Below, in pieces: positions 41,351 through 54,538 of a stretch of DNA of 64,000 nucleotides. Below the pieces are notes generated by a model, which was given only the letters and a program-made list of their open reading frames with translations, did no database searches and was not told the origin of the DNA. The position numbers and the translations under genes were made by a program. Positions within the stretch are counted from its first letter, which is position 1. Each line of letters opens with the position of its first letter. Origin of the DNA: Octopus bimaculoides (lineage: Eukaryota); NCBI RefSeq assembly GCF_001194135.2, contig NC_068999.1, positions 1,540,479-1,604,478 on the forward strand, written 5' to 3'.

Positions 41351-41738
41351 TGAAAACAACATATGATGCACAGAATTACACGGAATATCACATTGTAAGG
41401 AATAATAGAATATTTACTGATTTTTGTGCTTTATTTTGCAACCAGTGAAATTCTCATATCAGTTGATAATTTGAAATGTCCGCCATTACCTTTGCTTATA
41501 TATTCATCCAAACATTGCTTTTTTTCCTTTTTTTAATCCATTGTTTTGACAAAACGCAATATCAAAACAAGTAGACATGATTCAAGAAGTCTTCGCCAAG
41601 CAATTTCGTTTCTCTATGTATGTCTGTCTATATGTATGAATGTATGTAGGTGTGTGGGTAGGTAGGTAGGAATGTAGGTATGTTGATAGACAGGTATATA
41701 TCTATCGATTGCTCAATCTAATTATCTATCTATCTACC

Positions 41739-41775
<37 letters not shown>

Positions 41776-41905
41776 ATGTCTGTGTATGTATATACGTTTA
41801 TATATATATGTGTGTGAGAGTGTGTGTGTGTGATGTGTGTATAAACTCACATACACATATATATGTACATACGAATGTTTGTTTTACGTGAGTGTCTGTG
41901 TATGC

Positions 41906-41991
<86 letters not shown>

Positions 41992-42181
41992 GTACACACA
42001 CACAGATACACACATACCCACACTCACCTATACATTATGTGTGCACAAGGAGATAAATATCGATCTTGTTACCTGTCAATTTGATCCTCTCACATCACTC
42101 ATTTCTCATTTTCTTGCAGTCAATATTTATTCATTTCCATTCCCCTCCCCCTCCACCTCTCTTTTACTCTCTTTCTTTCTT

Positions 42182-42278
<97 letters not shown>

Positions 42279-42547
42279 ATTTCCAAAACTATTTACCCTG
42301 TCCTATCTATTTATCTACTTAAACAAAACTCCCTGTTCGATAAAGCAACTACTTTTTCCACAAGTGACAGTTCAACCTACTTACTCCCCTTTGTAGTTGT
42401 CACAATTCTCTCCAAGACGTATATTTATTTTAAGTAGATGGCTCTACCAGCTACAGCCGCTCCATTCTCTACATCCGTTTCCTGATTCTTCTGCTAGATT
42501 TCTAAACCATTTATCAGTGAAAGCTATCGATTATATACATACACACA

Positions 42548-42594
<47 letters not shown>

Positions 42595-42619
42595 GCACAC
42601 ATACACACACGCGCGCACG

Positions 42620-42673
<54 letters not shown>

Positions 42674-43188
42674 CATATTTATATATATATATATTATTTT
42701 AAAGGAAATTTCCTCTGTGTTGGAAGTAAACAACTCGCAGATTTTCATTTATTATTCTGTAGATGGAATCGGACGTGAATTGTTTATTAGCAAACTTTGA
42801 TTGATATTTAAATTAATTAGTGCATAATTACCAATTTTTAAATAATTATAATACGAATAAATTTTTCCTTCGCAGTTCAGTTATTGCATGTTTATAGCGA
42901 CTTATAACACCTGGTACTTGGTTTATAGTTAAGAGACTTAACGGGAATGAATAAGCAGTTATTGACTATCATTTTCTGTTTGAGCGTTGTGAAGCATTTT
43001 TTGACTGACACTGTATTTAAAATCCGACATGGTCACACTCGTCTTCGAGCTGGCATCAATATGTGTTTGTAAGTGAGGGAGAGAGAGAAGCTGGAGCGTC
43101 TCGAATCATCCCGTTTTTGAAAGTTCCACCTGTTGTAGCACTGTGAAAATATGTCACCCATACATTCCATTCCACTCCCACAAGGAGT

Positions 43189-43293
43189 GGGGATTAAGTC
43201 GATTACAAGAACTGCAGTGCTCCAGCTGGTGCTTATTTTATCGACCCCGAAAGAATGTAAGGTAAAGTCGATCATGGCAGAGGATGAACTCAG
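43189..43293 (-). mobile_element. SINE family A fragment
   Basis: GGGATTAAGTCGATTACA..CTGGTGCTTATTTTATCGACCCCGAAAGAATGTAAGGTAAAGTCGA..GAACTCAG. Confidence 0.75.
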
Positions 43294-43369
43294 CCTGTAA
43301 AGATGGAGGACCTGCCTCTGTCCAAAACGCCAAAGTTTTTAACAGATCACCGCTTTGATAATAATGGCA

Positions 43370-43375
43370 ACAACG

Positions 43376-43407
<32 letters not shown>

Positions 43408-43433
43408 AATAATGATGATGATACTACTACTAC

Positions 43434-43507
<74 letters not shown>

Positions 43508-43565
43508 GAAGAAGAAGAAGAAGAAGAAGAAGAAGAAGAAGAAGAAGAAGAAGAAGAAGAAGAAG

Positions 43566-43640
<75 letters not shown>
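43370..43640 (+). repeat. Compound trinucleotide array (AAC)-(AAT)-(GAT)-(ACT)-(AAT)-(ATT)-(AGA)-(AGT)
   Basis: Direct reading. Confidence 0.95.
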
Positions 43641-43641
<1 letters not shown>

Positions 43642-44059
43642 CCTGATGTTCTCTGCTATCTGCGCCATTTTCCTCTGGCTAATTGACAATACATCATAGT
43701 GGAAGCAATGTGAATGCAATTGGTAAAGACAAGTCGAAAGAAAACTCGTTAAAACAGAAATAAAGTCCTCACTTATCACCAGGTTTTGTTCTGTGATTAG
43801 CAAAATCCATCAATATTTTCCAGAACCTGTTGCGAACAACAGCTTAGAACGTGCGAGAGAAATGACAAGTGATTCTGTCTCATTTTTGCATTGTTTTCTA
43901 TGATGTTTAACATACCACAACATGGCAAAATCGGACGTAGTTGTAAACAGATGGAATTATAATATTCAGTTCTTTGACGTTATTTTTCTTTTCTTTCTTT
44001 TCTTTCATTCTTTTTTTCTTTATTTATTTCTTTATTTACTTATCATTAATCATAGACAC

Positions 44060-44421
44060 AGGGATGGCTGCGTGGAAAAAAGTCTGCTTCTCAGCCACTT
44101 ATTCCTGGTTCAGTCACACTGCGTGGCACATAGACAGAATGTTTTCTACCATAGCCTGGGGCCCAAAAAAGCCCTGTAAATGAATTTAGTAGACGGAAAC
44201 TGAATGAAGTCTGTCATGTGTCTGTCTGTGTTTCTCCTCCACCACCCTTTGAGAACCGGTCTTGGTCTGTTTATTTCCCAGTAACTTAACGGTTCGGCAA
44301 CAGGGTTCGATAGAATAAATACCAAGCTTAAATACTGAGGTCGATTCATTCTAGTAAAGTACTCCCCAAGTGTTGCTCCAGCATCGCCGCATTCTAATGA
44401 CTGAAACATGCAAATGATAAA
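44060..44421 (+). mobile_element. SINE family B, long (near full-length) diverged copy including 3' tail
   Basis: Head GGATGGCTGCGTGG..CTGGTTCAGTCACACTGCGTGGCAC..CTACCATAGCC..AGACGGAAACTGAA, middle GTAACTTAACGGTTCGGCAA..GATAGAATAAATACC..GGTCGATT, tail TGCTCCAGCATCGCCGCA..TAATGACTGAAACA. Confidence 0.75.
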
Positions 44422-45762
44422 CGACAAACAATACAAACGATTCAATACATTACCACGCATTCCCTCACCCCCCCCCACACACACATTTCGCAGCCATTGT
44501 CACATCTACCCACCCTCACACCAACTCATTCCTAGAACCACCGCCCCCATTTTCACATATACCAATTTCTGCACCACCCATTCTCACGCCAACCCATTCA
44601 TACGAATTACTCCTTCTCTCACCCACCCAACCCTTCACCCCAACTTTCTACCCATTCTTTCTCTGCCTATACCTCACCACCCGTTCACACCCTTGCATTA
44701 CTCATACGCTTGCATCCCATTTTCTTACCACACATACTTTTACCACAACTTCCTTTACCATGTATAACACTACCAACGATCGATTTACCATTTCTACCCG
44801 CGCCACCCTGCAGTCCCACACCACTCCAGCACTCATTACCCATTCTCGTGCCACCCGTACACTTTCTACCCATCCACTCACACTCTCCTTTCCTCATTAG
44901 CTTACCACATGCACCACTGTCACCATTTATACACACACATCCCATCATTTTATTATCCATTCTTTTACCATTTATAACATTCGCAACCATTCTTTTATCA
45001 TTTTGTTCTCGCTCTCTATCTCTTTCCCATTTTCATTCTCACTACCACTCCTACCCTTACAATCCGTTCTTTTATCTTCCTATTCTCTCAATTCTATTTT
45101 TCTGAGAAATCGGCCGATAAATTCTATTTAAGAAAATAAAATCCAAAATCATTGAAATCTAAACAAAAATCTTGCTTCATTTTATATTTATGTTACAAAT
45201 TTCTATGTTTTTTTTCTTGAGTAAACCAAAACACAAACACAAACAATCACAAATATTTTTTTAAAAAATGTTTGTTTAATTCGCTGTGGACTTTCTATTT
45301 TCCTTTATTATGTTTTGATTAATTCAATTCCATTGTTGACTTCTAAACATTTATTCATCATCCTTAGCCAAGAAGCGTACCAACACCATTCTGGTACTTT
45401 TCACAGCTTTATCGCTATAGTTATTCTCTAAAACAGAAAAATTATAAATTGCAAAGAAATATTCTGAATCTTCTTTGCGTCCATTAATCATGTCTCTTGT
45501 AAGCACTACAATGTCTTCACATATTCAATAAATGCATTCCAAAAAAATTTCTTTCATTTCTTCATCCTATTTATCCTAATATAGTCTTTCTTTTCTTCTC
45601 TCCCGAATCTATTTTCATCTTTTTATATTTGTGTGGTTTGTTTTCAATATTTTTGTTTAATCTTTTATTTTCGTTAATTTTCCTGCTTTTTTCCTTTCTT
45701 CTAATAATTCATCCCTCGTTAATTTAAATTCCATTGTAAAGCTGTTCTAATACATACATACG

Positions 45763-45807
<45 letters not shown>

Positions 45808-46439
45808 GCATACATATATACATATACATACACATACATATTTTTATGAACACATACGCACATATATATACATATATATATATATATACAACATATATGT
45901 GCATATATATGCATACATATATACATATATATCTATGCATAACTGTGGGTGTGGGTCTTTCAGGGTGTGCGTGCGTGTGTGTGTACAATCTTTGTGTGTC
46001 TTTGAGTATAATCAAATTTTGAAACAATAAAATTTAAAATCTTTAACAACCTTTTTCCTTTAAGCTAAAAGATTTTTAAAATACGCAAAAATCTTTTAAA
46101 TATTCTACCAAACTAGGAAGAAGAAAAAATAAAACACAATAAAAAAGTTTGCTCTAAAACAAAGTTAAGGCTTCGTATATAAATTCTTATTTTAAGATTT
46201 TGTTACATATTTCAAACTATTATTTTTTCGTTGTGTTTATATTTCTATGCTTCTTTGTTAGTTTGCTTTTGTTTTCCATTTCTAAAGAGATTTTCATATT
46301 TCAAGAAAGACTAAGGCATACTTTATACTGGCCCACCCAAATTCTTGATTCAGCTCTCATTAATTGTTGACAAAATTGCTAATCTGAATGAAGTTGGTGG
46401 ATTAAATACTGACGAAGTAACATGTCAGTTAAATGGCAC

Positions 46440-46736
46440 TCCGTTGGTTACAACAGAACAGTCCGCTCATGAAATGAACGTGCAAGTGACTGAGCCTCCC
46501 CACCCAATAGGCGTCTTATTAACATAGTTCTTAGGGAGAGTCAACGTGACAGAGAATGGGGCAAGACTGGCCCTTTCAAATGTTATACAGGTACTACATA
46601 TTTTTGCCTGCTGAATGGAGAGGAGCAACGTGGAGTAAAATGTCTGACAGAAAGACATAATGCGTCACCAGGGATCGAACTCACGACCAAATGGTCGTGA
46701 ACTCATCATACCTAAACACTAAGTGATGACCCTTCA
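46440..46736 (-). mobile_element. tRNA-derived SINE, family C
   Basis: Reverse-complement head TGAAGGG..CTTAGTG.TTAGG..GGTCGTGAGTTCGATCCCTGG (B-box GTTCGATCC). The body on the plus strand reads GTGACTGAGC..GGCCCTTTCAAAT..CATATTTTTGCCTGCTGAATGGAGAGGAGCAACGTGG. Confidence 0.75.
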
Positions 46737-46805
46737 ATAGCTTGTCAGTCACTGAATCAGTAAAAACATAACTTTCTAGCTTGTGTTCATATTGTTCTAT
46801 TACTA

Positions 46806-47050
46806 TAGTTTCTTCCGAATCATTACGTTCTGAGATCAAATTCTGACAAAGCCCACTTTGTCTTTCATCACGTCGGGATCGAGAAAATAAGCTCCAGTCA
46901 AATAGTATGATTCAAAACACGCCAATATGTAATGTAGGAAAAGGACAGCGATATCGCACGGCCGTTAGCATGCCGGACAAAATGCTTAGCGCTCTTTCAT
47001 TCGTTTACGTTCTCAGTTCAAATTCCGCCGAGGTCTACTTTTCCTTTCAT
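46806..47050 (+). mobile_element. Two tandem SINE family A fragments (46806-46903, 46945-47050)
   Basis: Both carry TTACGTTCT(G/C)AG(A/T)TCAAATTC..ACTTT..CTTTCAT; the second also has the head GTTAGCATGCCGGACAAAATGCTTAGC. Confidence 0.7.
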
Positions 47051-47734
47051 TTTTTCGGGATATATATATATATATATGAGTACATATTTTATATTGTATG
47101 TATGTATTTTATTTGTTTGCCTGTACGGCTGATAACTCGCTTGCCACGCGTGATGGTACATTAATAATATCATCCCTTTTTATATTTATGCACATATGTG
47201 TGTGTGTATAGATATAGATATATGTATATTTCTACAAAGAGAAAAAGAGTAAGGCATATAAATAGAGAAAGAATGTGTGAGGAGTGGGTTGTCGATACCG
47301 TTTAATTTTCTACTTAATCAACTCCAGAAAATATGTCCCTTTACGTAAATTCAATGAATTTTCTAATCCTCAAAGTCATGTTTTTCTTTATTTGCATCCT
47401 TATCCTTATCCGCAATGCTACATTTAATCAACTTACTGAAAGCCTCTAATTAATTTAGCAACCAAGAAATTCCCTGTAAATAAGAATCAAAGGGATATAA
47501 TATCAGGAACAACATACAGCAGAGATTTTCATTAGAATTTAGATTCTGATTAAAGATAAAGAAATCTTCCAAGGCATTCATGACGAAATGTTCTCTATGA
47601 TAAGGATGCAGATTTATTGCATTTAACACTTANNNNNNNNNNNNNNNNNNNNNNNNNNNNNNNNNNNNNNNNNNNNNNNNNNNNNNNNNNNNNNNNNNNN
47701 NNNNNNNNNNNNNNNNNCGATCTTATATATATAT

Positions 47735-47788
<54 letters not shown>

Positions 47789-49638
47789 TGATAGATATAC
47801 ACATTATATATATTTATATGTATACATTATATATATTTATATATATGGATATATATATATATATATATAGGTTCGTATGTATGTAGGTTGGTAGGTAGGT
47901 AGGTGATAATCGCTAAGTTACATTTTAGTTACTCAAGATCGGTAAAGTTGTTACCATTGCAAGTAATGACTCCGAATTTCTCAGGTTTATTGTTCCATCT
48001 TCTGTCTTTCGAATTCAAATCGGAAACCAGTTCTTGGCATGAACATGCACTGGAGGCCAAGGAGCAGAAACAGCACGTGCCACATCCGAATGTAATACAA
48101 TGGTAACGAATATGGAGAAAAAGTAACTCCCATCTAAATATGACGTTGAATCGCAATAGATTAACTACTTTCAGAAGATTTATACTTAAAATATAAAATA
48201 TATTAAACTTGGAAATGAAACCCTGAAGAGAATGAATGCATAATGAAATATTGGTAATGAAACTATAATGAAATATAATGAAATATAATGAAAGTGTAAA
48301 ATGAAATTTTGAATCATCTAAGTAAGCACAAAAACAATAAAGAACGAAATTTGAATCATTAAAACTGTGAGAAGTTTTAATGAGAAGATAAACAATAAAT
48401 ATCGAGGTTTTTCAAGTGAAATAAACAAAATAAAGAGAGGAAAATTAAACTACAGTTTCTCTGCAGAATATGAACGAAGAAGAGAAAATTAGATGAACAA
48501 AAATATAAAGACAAGCGAATATTGCAAAAATGGGAAACCGAAATTTAGAATATGACAGGAATTGGAAGACGAAAATAGCTCCGGAATTAAAATATTGATA
48601 GAATATTTTTTTTTTACATATCCCACAAATGACTCTCTCTCCTCAATCTTTCTCATGCACACACACACACACATTCTGTGAAGCAAAAATTAATAATTAG
48701 ATATAATGACGCAGAAACCACAATGAAAAAAAGGAACACTGAAAGTAGGCCATATTAGATATCCTAGCAATAAATATATAGATTTTAATGTCACTGGAGA
48801 AAAGAATAACTAAACAGCTGCGTTAGTCACAAGAACGAATCGTTGCCTCTCCTAAATCTACCGGCAAATAAGCATCGCAGATAACTTGGAATGTCGTAAT
48901 GGAACCCGGAAGGAAGTTCTCGGTTAAATTTCAAACTTGAAGCAATTTGTCGTTAGGAATCAATTTTGGGGCTCAAGATAGAAATACTTTATAAAGTGAA
49001 ATATATTTTTGAAACACGTTTGGAAATGCGTAGTTAGAAACACCAGCACGAACATCGAGAGAAATATATAAGTGCGATTATAAATTGAGAGAAATTAGTG
49101 CCAATATTGGTATTAATTGCAATACCAGGACCATCCTGGTTATTATTCTTTGAGATCTGTGTTACAGTTTATAAATAGTGCAGGGAATTAAGAATTTCCA
49201 TGGTGTGTATTTGCACCCACCTGAGCAATAAGTGTTTTTATTTTTGTTATTTATTTTTCATGTAGAGGCAAATAAAGATTAGTCTGACCTTGTCTTGATC
49301 CTAGTTGGGATCACTTCAGAGACAATGCAGCACCCATTTTTGTCCAGAGAAAGAGATAAAGCTTGTTGCTGGTCGCAATTTAAATGCGAAAACTAAAAAA
49401 TTTGGCGTCACTAAATCGGTTGAAAGATTTGCATTTGGTAAGCTACTACTAACCACTTCACAATTACTTATCCATTGATCCCTCAAATATCTTTATCCCG
49501 ATAGCGCTGATTAAATAAGAAGAATAAAGCTTTAATCAATTTGCCGACGCTGTTATTGCTCCTTCACCTTCGGCTGAAAGGGGATTGAATGGAGGAAACA
49601 TGCGAACATGCATAGCATGCTTTTTTTAACCCCCTCAG

Positions 49639-49792
49639 CAGGCGTGGCGGCGTGTCGCAGCCTCCGAAATGCAGCTATCACGGAAATTATCATCATTATT
49701 TGCGTTTCAAAACAGTGAACGACTCGAAGGGTTAATCAAAATAGGTCGTCCAGGGGTTGCTGTGGCACTTGACCTGTCCGTCGAGCTTTAAG
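49639..49792 (+). other. Candidate spliced exon (probably non-coding or UTR) in a GC/CpG-enriched island
   Basis: TTTTTTTAACCCCCTCAG| acceptor and AAG|GTGAGT donor. All three frames contain a stop; the longest runs 50 codons and ends TAA one base before the donor. Confidence 0.4.
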
Positions 49793-52200
49793 GTGAGTGC
49801 TATATTGACATACACGAGGTGTCAGAGCTAGATCCAAGACTTTAAACAGCACGTAAATGATTGATATATTCTCGGATTAATCGTTTTATAATATTCAAAT
49901 TTAAACCCCCGGAAGACATCCAAGCCGACGAAACATAGCACTTAAACTACATTAATAATGATCAATATTAATAATGATTAATCTCATAATATTCATAATA
50001 CCGTGATTTTCTAAGAAACAGAAGGGGATTAGTGTAATGTCGGTCTTTAGGATTTTGATGAGTTAAGTAACTCGACAGACAACAAACCTGACGAAGTAAA
50101 ATGAGCACTTAAATGGGAATTTTATTAATTATTAGTTAAAACTTCGATATATGACGAAAAGGATGGTGGTAATAAACCTAAACACTAACAACTACATGTA
50201 TACAAGTGATAATTTCTTCTTTTCTTTGTTTGAAATAAATCTGTGAACGACTGTGGCGAGATCTGAAATTGATTGGGTTTCGCCATGTTTCGATGCCCAC
50301 GTCACGGGTGGAGCACAAGTGTGTCCGTCAGGATTTGAGGGTGAGACGTATATTAATAATTTTATAGTTATAATATTTTGAAACTCAATCAGTTGAGAAG
50401 ACTAAAGCACAAAGTAATCACACACATACACAAGCCCATATACAGACACACAGACATACACAGATACACATAGACCCCCCCCCCAAGCACACACATATTT
50501 ATACGAATACATCGGCGTAAAGGACTTCCGTCACTTGAAAACTATAATAAAATATTTATTGTAAGATATTACAAGAATGTTTACTTAAGAAGATACCAAA
50601 AATAATACAAATAGCAAAAAAAAAAAAACAGAAATATAACACATAGATTAAGATAACCCATAGTTATAATAGGAACGGAAAAATGATAAGAGAGCGTTTA
50701 AAAATAAATAGAATTAATTATTATATTTAAAAAACGGAAATTCATTTCTATGGTAATGACAAAAATAACAAGGAATTTGTCCATTTATTGCAAAGACTAA
50801 CGAAAACTGTTCTGAAAATATTATTGCTGGTTTTGGTGCATAGCACTCAACGATTAAGCCGAAAATTAACTAGTTTTGTTTTTGGATTTTCTAAAACAAA
50901 GCTATGCACTTCCCACTCTAACTTCATAATATGCAAACCACTCGTCTAAATACAACAATAAATGGTGTTGTTTGAGAGAGTTTGATGTTTCATACACACC
51001 AAAAACTGTTCAAAACTAACAAAGTACCAAGAGAAAAGAAATTGTAGCACGAGAGAAGGATAAAGAAGGATACATTTGACTAAATTCAAAGGCCGCAAGG
51101 AGTATATATATGTTCTAAGTCAGGTGATATTATATTTAGTCTATTGTCCATGTTTTCTCGCTATTTGTGTTATCACATATTTCCGTTTATCTATATGCAT
51201 TTCTAGTCTTGCATAGATATTTCATAATAGTTTTCCAGTTGCGGACAGCATTTATGTTTGTTTTGTCAAGTCTAACAGACAAAAACATATTTCTAAAAGA
51301 AATGAGGAAGCTAGAATACGACATTTCTATACTGAGATAACTAAAACCATGAAGAATATTTTGTTGTTATTTTTCAGCATTGCATTCATCATATCCAATT
51401 CCATAAACGCAATAAAATAAGTTCATCATAATAGTCCTACTGTTTTAACTCCAGGCAACTCTAGAAGAACAGACCAAGGTTTGAAGACATACTGGATTTC
51501 GCAATCGTGTCTCTTTCCTGCGTTCAAGAAACTGAACACCATATTGCCGAACGCATTCTTTCGTAAGACGTGGAGAGTGAATTTAATGAGACTTGGCTGC
51601 TTTTTCTGACGAGCCGAGCCTCTATAAACAGGCTCCGTTGGCTCGAAACAGAAGCAGTAAGAGAACTGAGGTCGTTTTCAAACAAGAAGAATACCCTCGT
51701 TCCCAAAAATGCATGGCTCTGCGCCAAAGTTATTATTCTGCATGTTAATGATAGTAAATATTTCTCGTAAGAAAAGCAGTAGTGAGAATTGTGAATGAGC
51801 GTTTAGAGTGTTAAAATACAATCGAAGCAGGAGTTATGAATGAACATTAACAGTGTTAAAACTAAAGCAAGTAGTAAACTGGCACCTATATTTTTGCCAA
51901 AAGTGTCGATACGTTTCTCGTTGGATTCCATCCAAGAACTGTCTTCGAAATTTCGGTTGTAGACAACTTTCGTTGAATATGTGCGGGTTGCCTAAAAACT
52001 AGACGTTGTATATTTCTCAGATGCAAACACATGTTTGTGTCACCCAGGTTGTTTTTTCGCTCCTCCCTCTCGACGCTCTCCTTATCTCTCATTTTGCCAG
52101 TAGAGTTGTTTTCCTAAACAGGTATATCTTTCGATTCACATTCGCTCTCATTCACTAAGTGTGTGCGTGTGTATGAGTGTATCTGTGTGTGCTGTGTGCA

Positions 52201-52240
<40 letters not shown>

Positions 52241-52285
52241 CANNNNNNNNNNNNNNNNNNNNNNNNNNNNNNNNNNNNNNNNNNN

Positions 52286-52337
<52 letters not shown>

Positions 52338-52339
52338 TG

Positions 52340-52372
<33 letters not shown>

Positions 52373-53966
52373 ATGTATATATACATAGATATATACATAC
52401 ACACGTAAGACTAGTAACGTCTTTGATTGTCAATATGGTACCATTCTTTCTCTCTAACTCTCCATGTGTCTCTCTATTTCTCTCTTACATACACATGTAG
52501 CCACAGCACATACACACACGTACACAAAACACACACATATTAAAATATTTCTTTTCCAAACTTGATATCTCCTTCTCTCTCACTCGCTCGTATTCTTCCT
52601 CATTCACCATACCTGAGTCTCTGCTTCATTTTTAATATCACTAAACAAATACACTCCCTCACAACCTCTTTTTCTCTCTCTTACCTCCTTCCCCACTCTC
52701 TCTCTCTCTTTCTATATTTCAGACTTCATTTCTCAGTGAGTCACGAGTGCCAAGTTTTACAGAACTACCAAAGGAAACATGTAACTCCCAGAGGTGACTT
52801 TAATGAAATATAGCAATACATTACAGAAAAAAAACAGAAGATAACAATATAGATACTAGATTCTCTACAGTAAAATTGGCAGTTATGAAGAACACACACA
52901 TACACACACACATCTGTGTTTGTATATATGTATATAAGGGTGTGTGTGTGTGTACAGATATATACATGGATACGTATAATATATATTATATATGTGTGTA
53001 TATGTATATATATATATATTCATACATTTATATAGGTATAAATATACATATATGTATATATATGTATGTATGTGTGTATATACACATACATATACGTGTA
53101 TATATATATATATATATATATNNNNNNNNNNNNNNNNNNNNNNNNNNNNNNNNNNNNNNNNNNNNNNNNNNNNNNNNNNNNNNNNNNNNNNNNNNNNNNN
53201 NNNNNNNNNNNNNNNNNNNNNNNNNNNNNNNNNNNNNNNNNNNNNNNNNNNNNNNNNNNNNNNNNNNNNNNNNNNNNNNNNNNNNNNNNNNNNNNNNNNN
53301 NNNNNNNNNNNNNNNNNNNNNNNNNNNNNNNNNNNNNNNNNNNNNNNNNNNNNNNNNNNNNNNNNNNNNNNNNNNNNNNNNNNNNNNNNNNNNNNNNNNN
53401 NNNNNNNNNNNNNNNNNNNNNNNNNNNNNNNNNNNNNNNNNNNNNNNNNNNNNNNNNNNNNNNNNNNNNNNNNNNNNNNNNNNNNNNNNNNNNNNNNNNN
53501 NNNNNNNNNNNNNNNNNNNNNNNNNNNNNNNNNNNNNNNNNNNNNNNNNNNNNNNNNNNNNNNNNNNNNNNNNNNNNNNNNNNNNNNNNNNNNNNNNNNN
53601 NNNNNNNNNNNNNNNNNNNNNNNNNNNNNNNNNNNNNNNNNNNNNNNNNNNNNNNNNNNNNNNNNNNNNNNNNNNNNNNNNNNNNNNNNNNNNNNNNNNN
53701 NNNNNNNNNNNNNNNNNNNNNNNNNNNNNNNNNNNNNNNNNNNNNNNNNNNNNNNNNNNNNNNNNNNNNNNNNNNNNNNNNNNNNNNNNNNNNNNNNNNN
53801 NNNNNNNNNNNNNNNNNNNNNNNNNNNNNNNNNNNNNNNNNNNNNNNNNNNNNNNNNNNNNNNNNNNNNNNNNNNNNNNNNNNNNNNNNNNNNNNNNNNN
53901 NNNNNNNNNNNNNNNNNNNNNNNNNNNNNNNNNNNNNNNNNNNNNNNNNNNNNNNNNNNNNNNNNN

Positions 53967-54059
<93 letters not shown>

Positions 54060-54486
54060 TTTTCTTTTAATATTCTATGAAGTGCCTGAAGCTCATTAAC
54101 CTCCTACATCTTGGTCTTTGGATCTTACATTTAGATAGATAGATAGATAGATAGATAGACATAATGTACAATTAATGCTTACATATGCTGTCGAAAACTT
54201 TAGGGAGTTTAGGGTGCCTATTTTTGTAAAGGGTCGGTGAATATTTTACTATAGAAAAGATTTGTGATGAGTTTACTTGCGTAAGAACTGAATAAAAGTA
54301 GCAAAGTATAAGAAAAAAGGGATCGAGCTTGAAGAAGATAATAAATCTAACAGAATCATCGATGTTCCTTTCCATCTACACTATATCGGTGAACAAACTC
54401 CCTGTGGACAGAAATGTAAGACAGCAGTCTTAGAACAGGGCGCATTCATCAGTATACAATCACTCACATGTACATANNNNNNNNNN

Positions 54487-54538
<52 letters not shown>

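Noticed and set aside
47980-48130. Signal-peptide-like MWHVLFLLLGLQCMF on the minus strand
   Set aside because: The frame stops after ~30 codons with no donor site; it cannot be tied to a gene.
54198-54215. Two TTAGGG telomeric hexamers
   Set aside because: Only two separated units; expected by chance.
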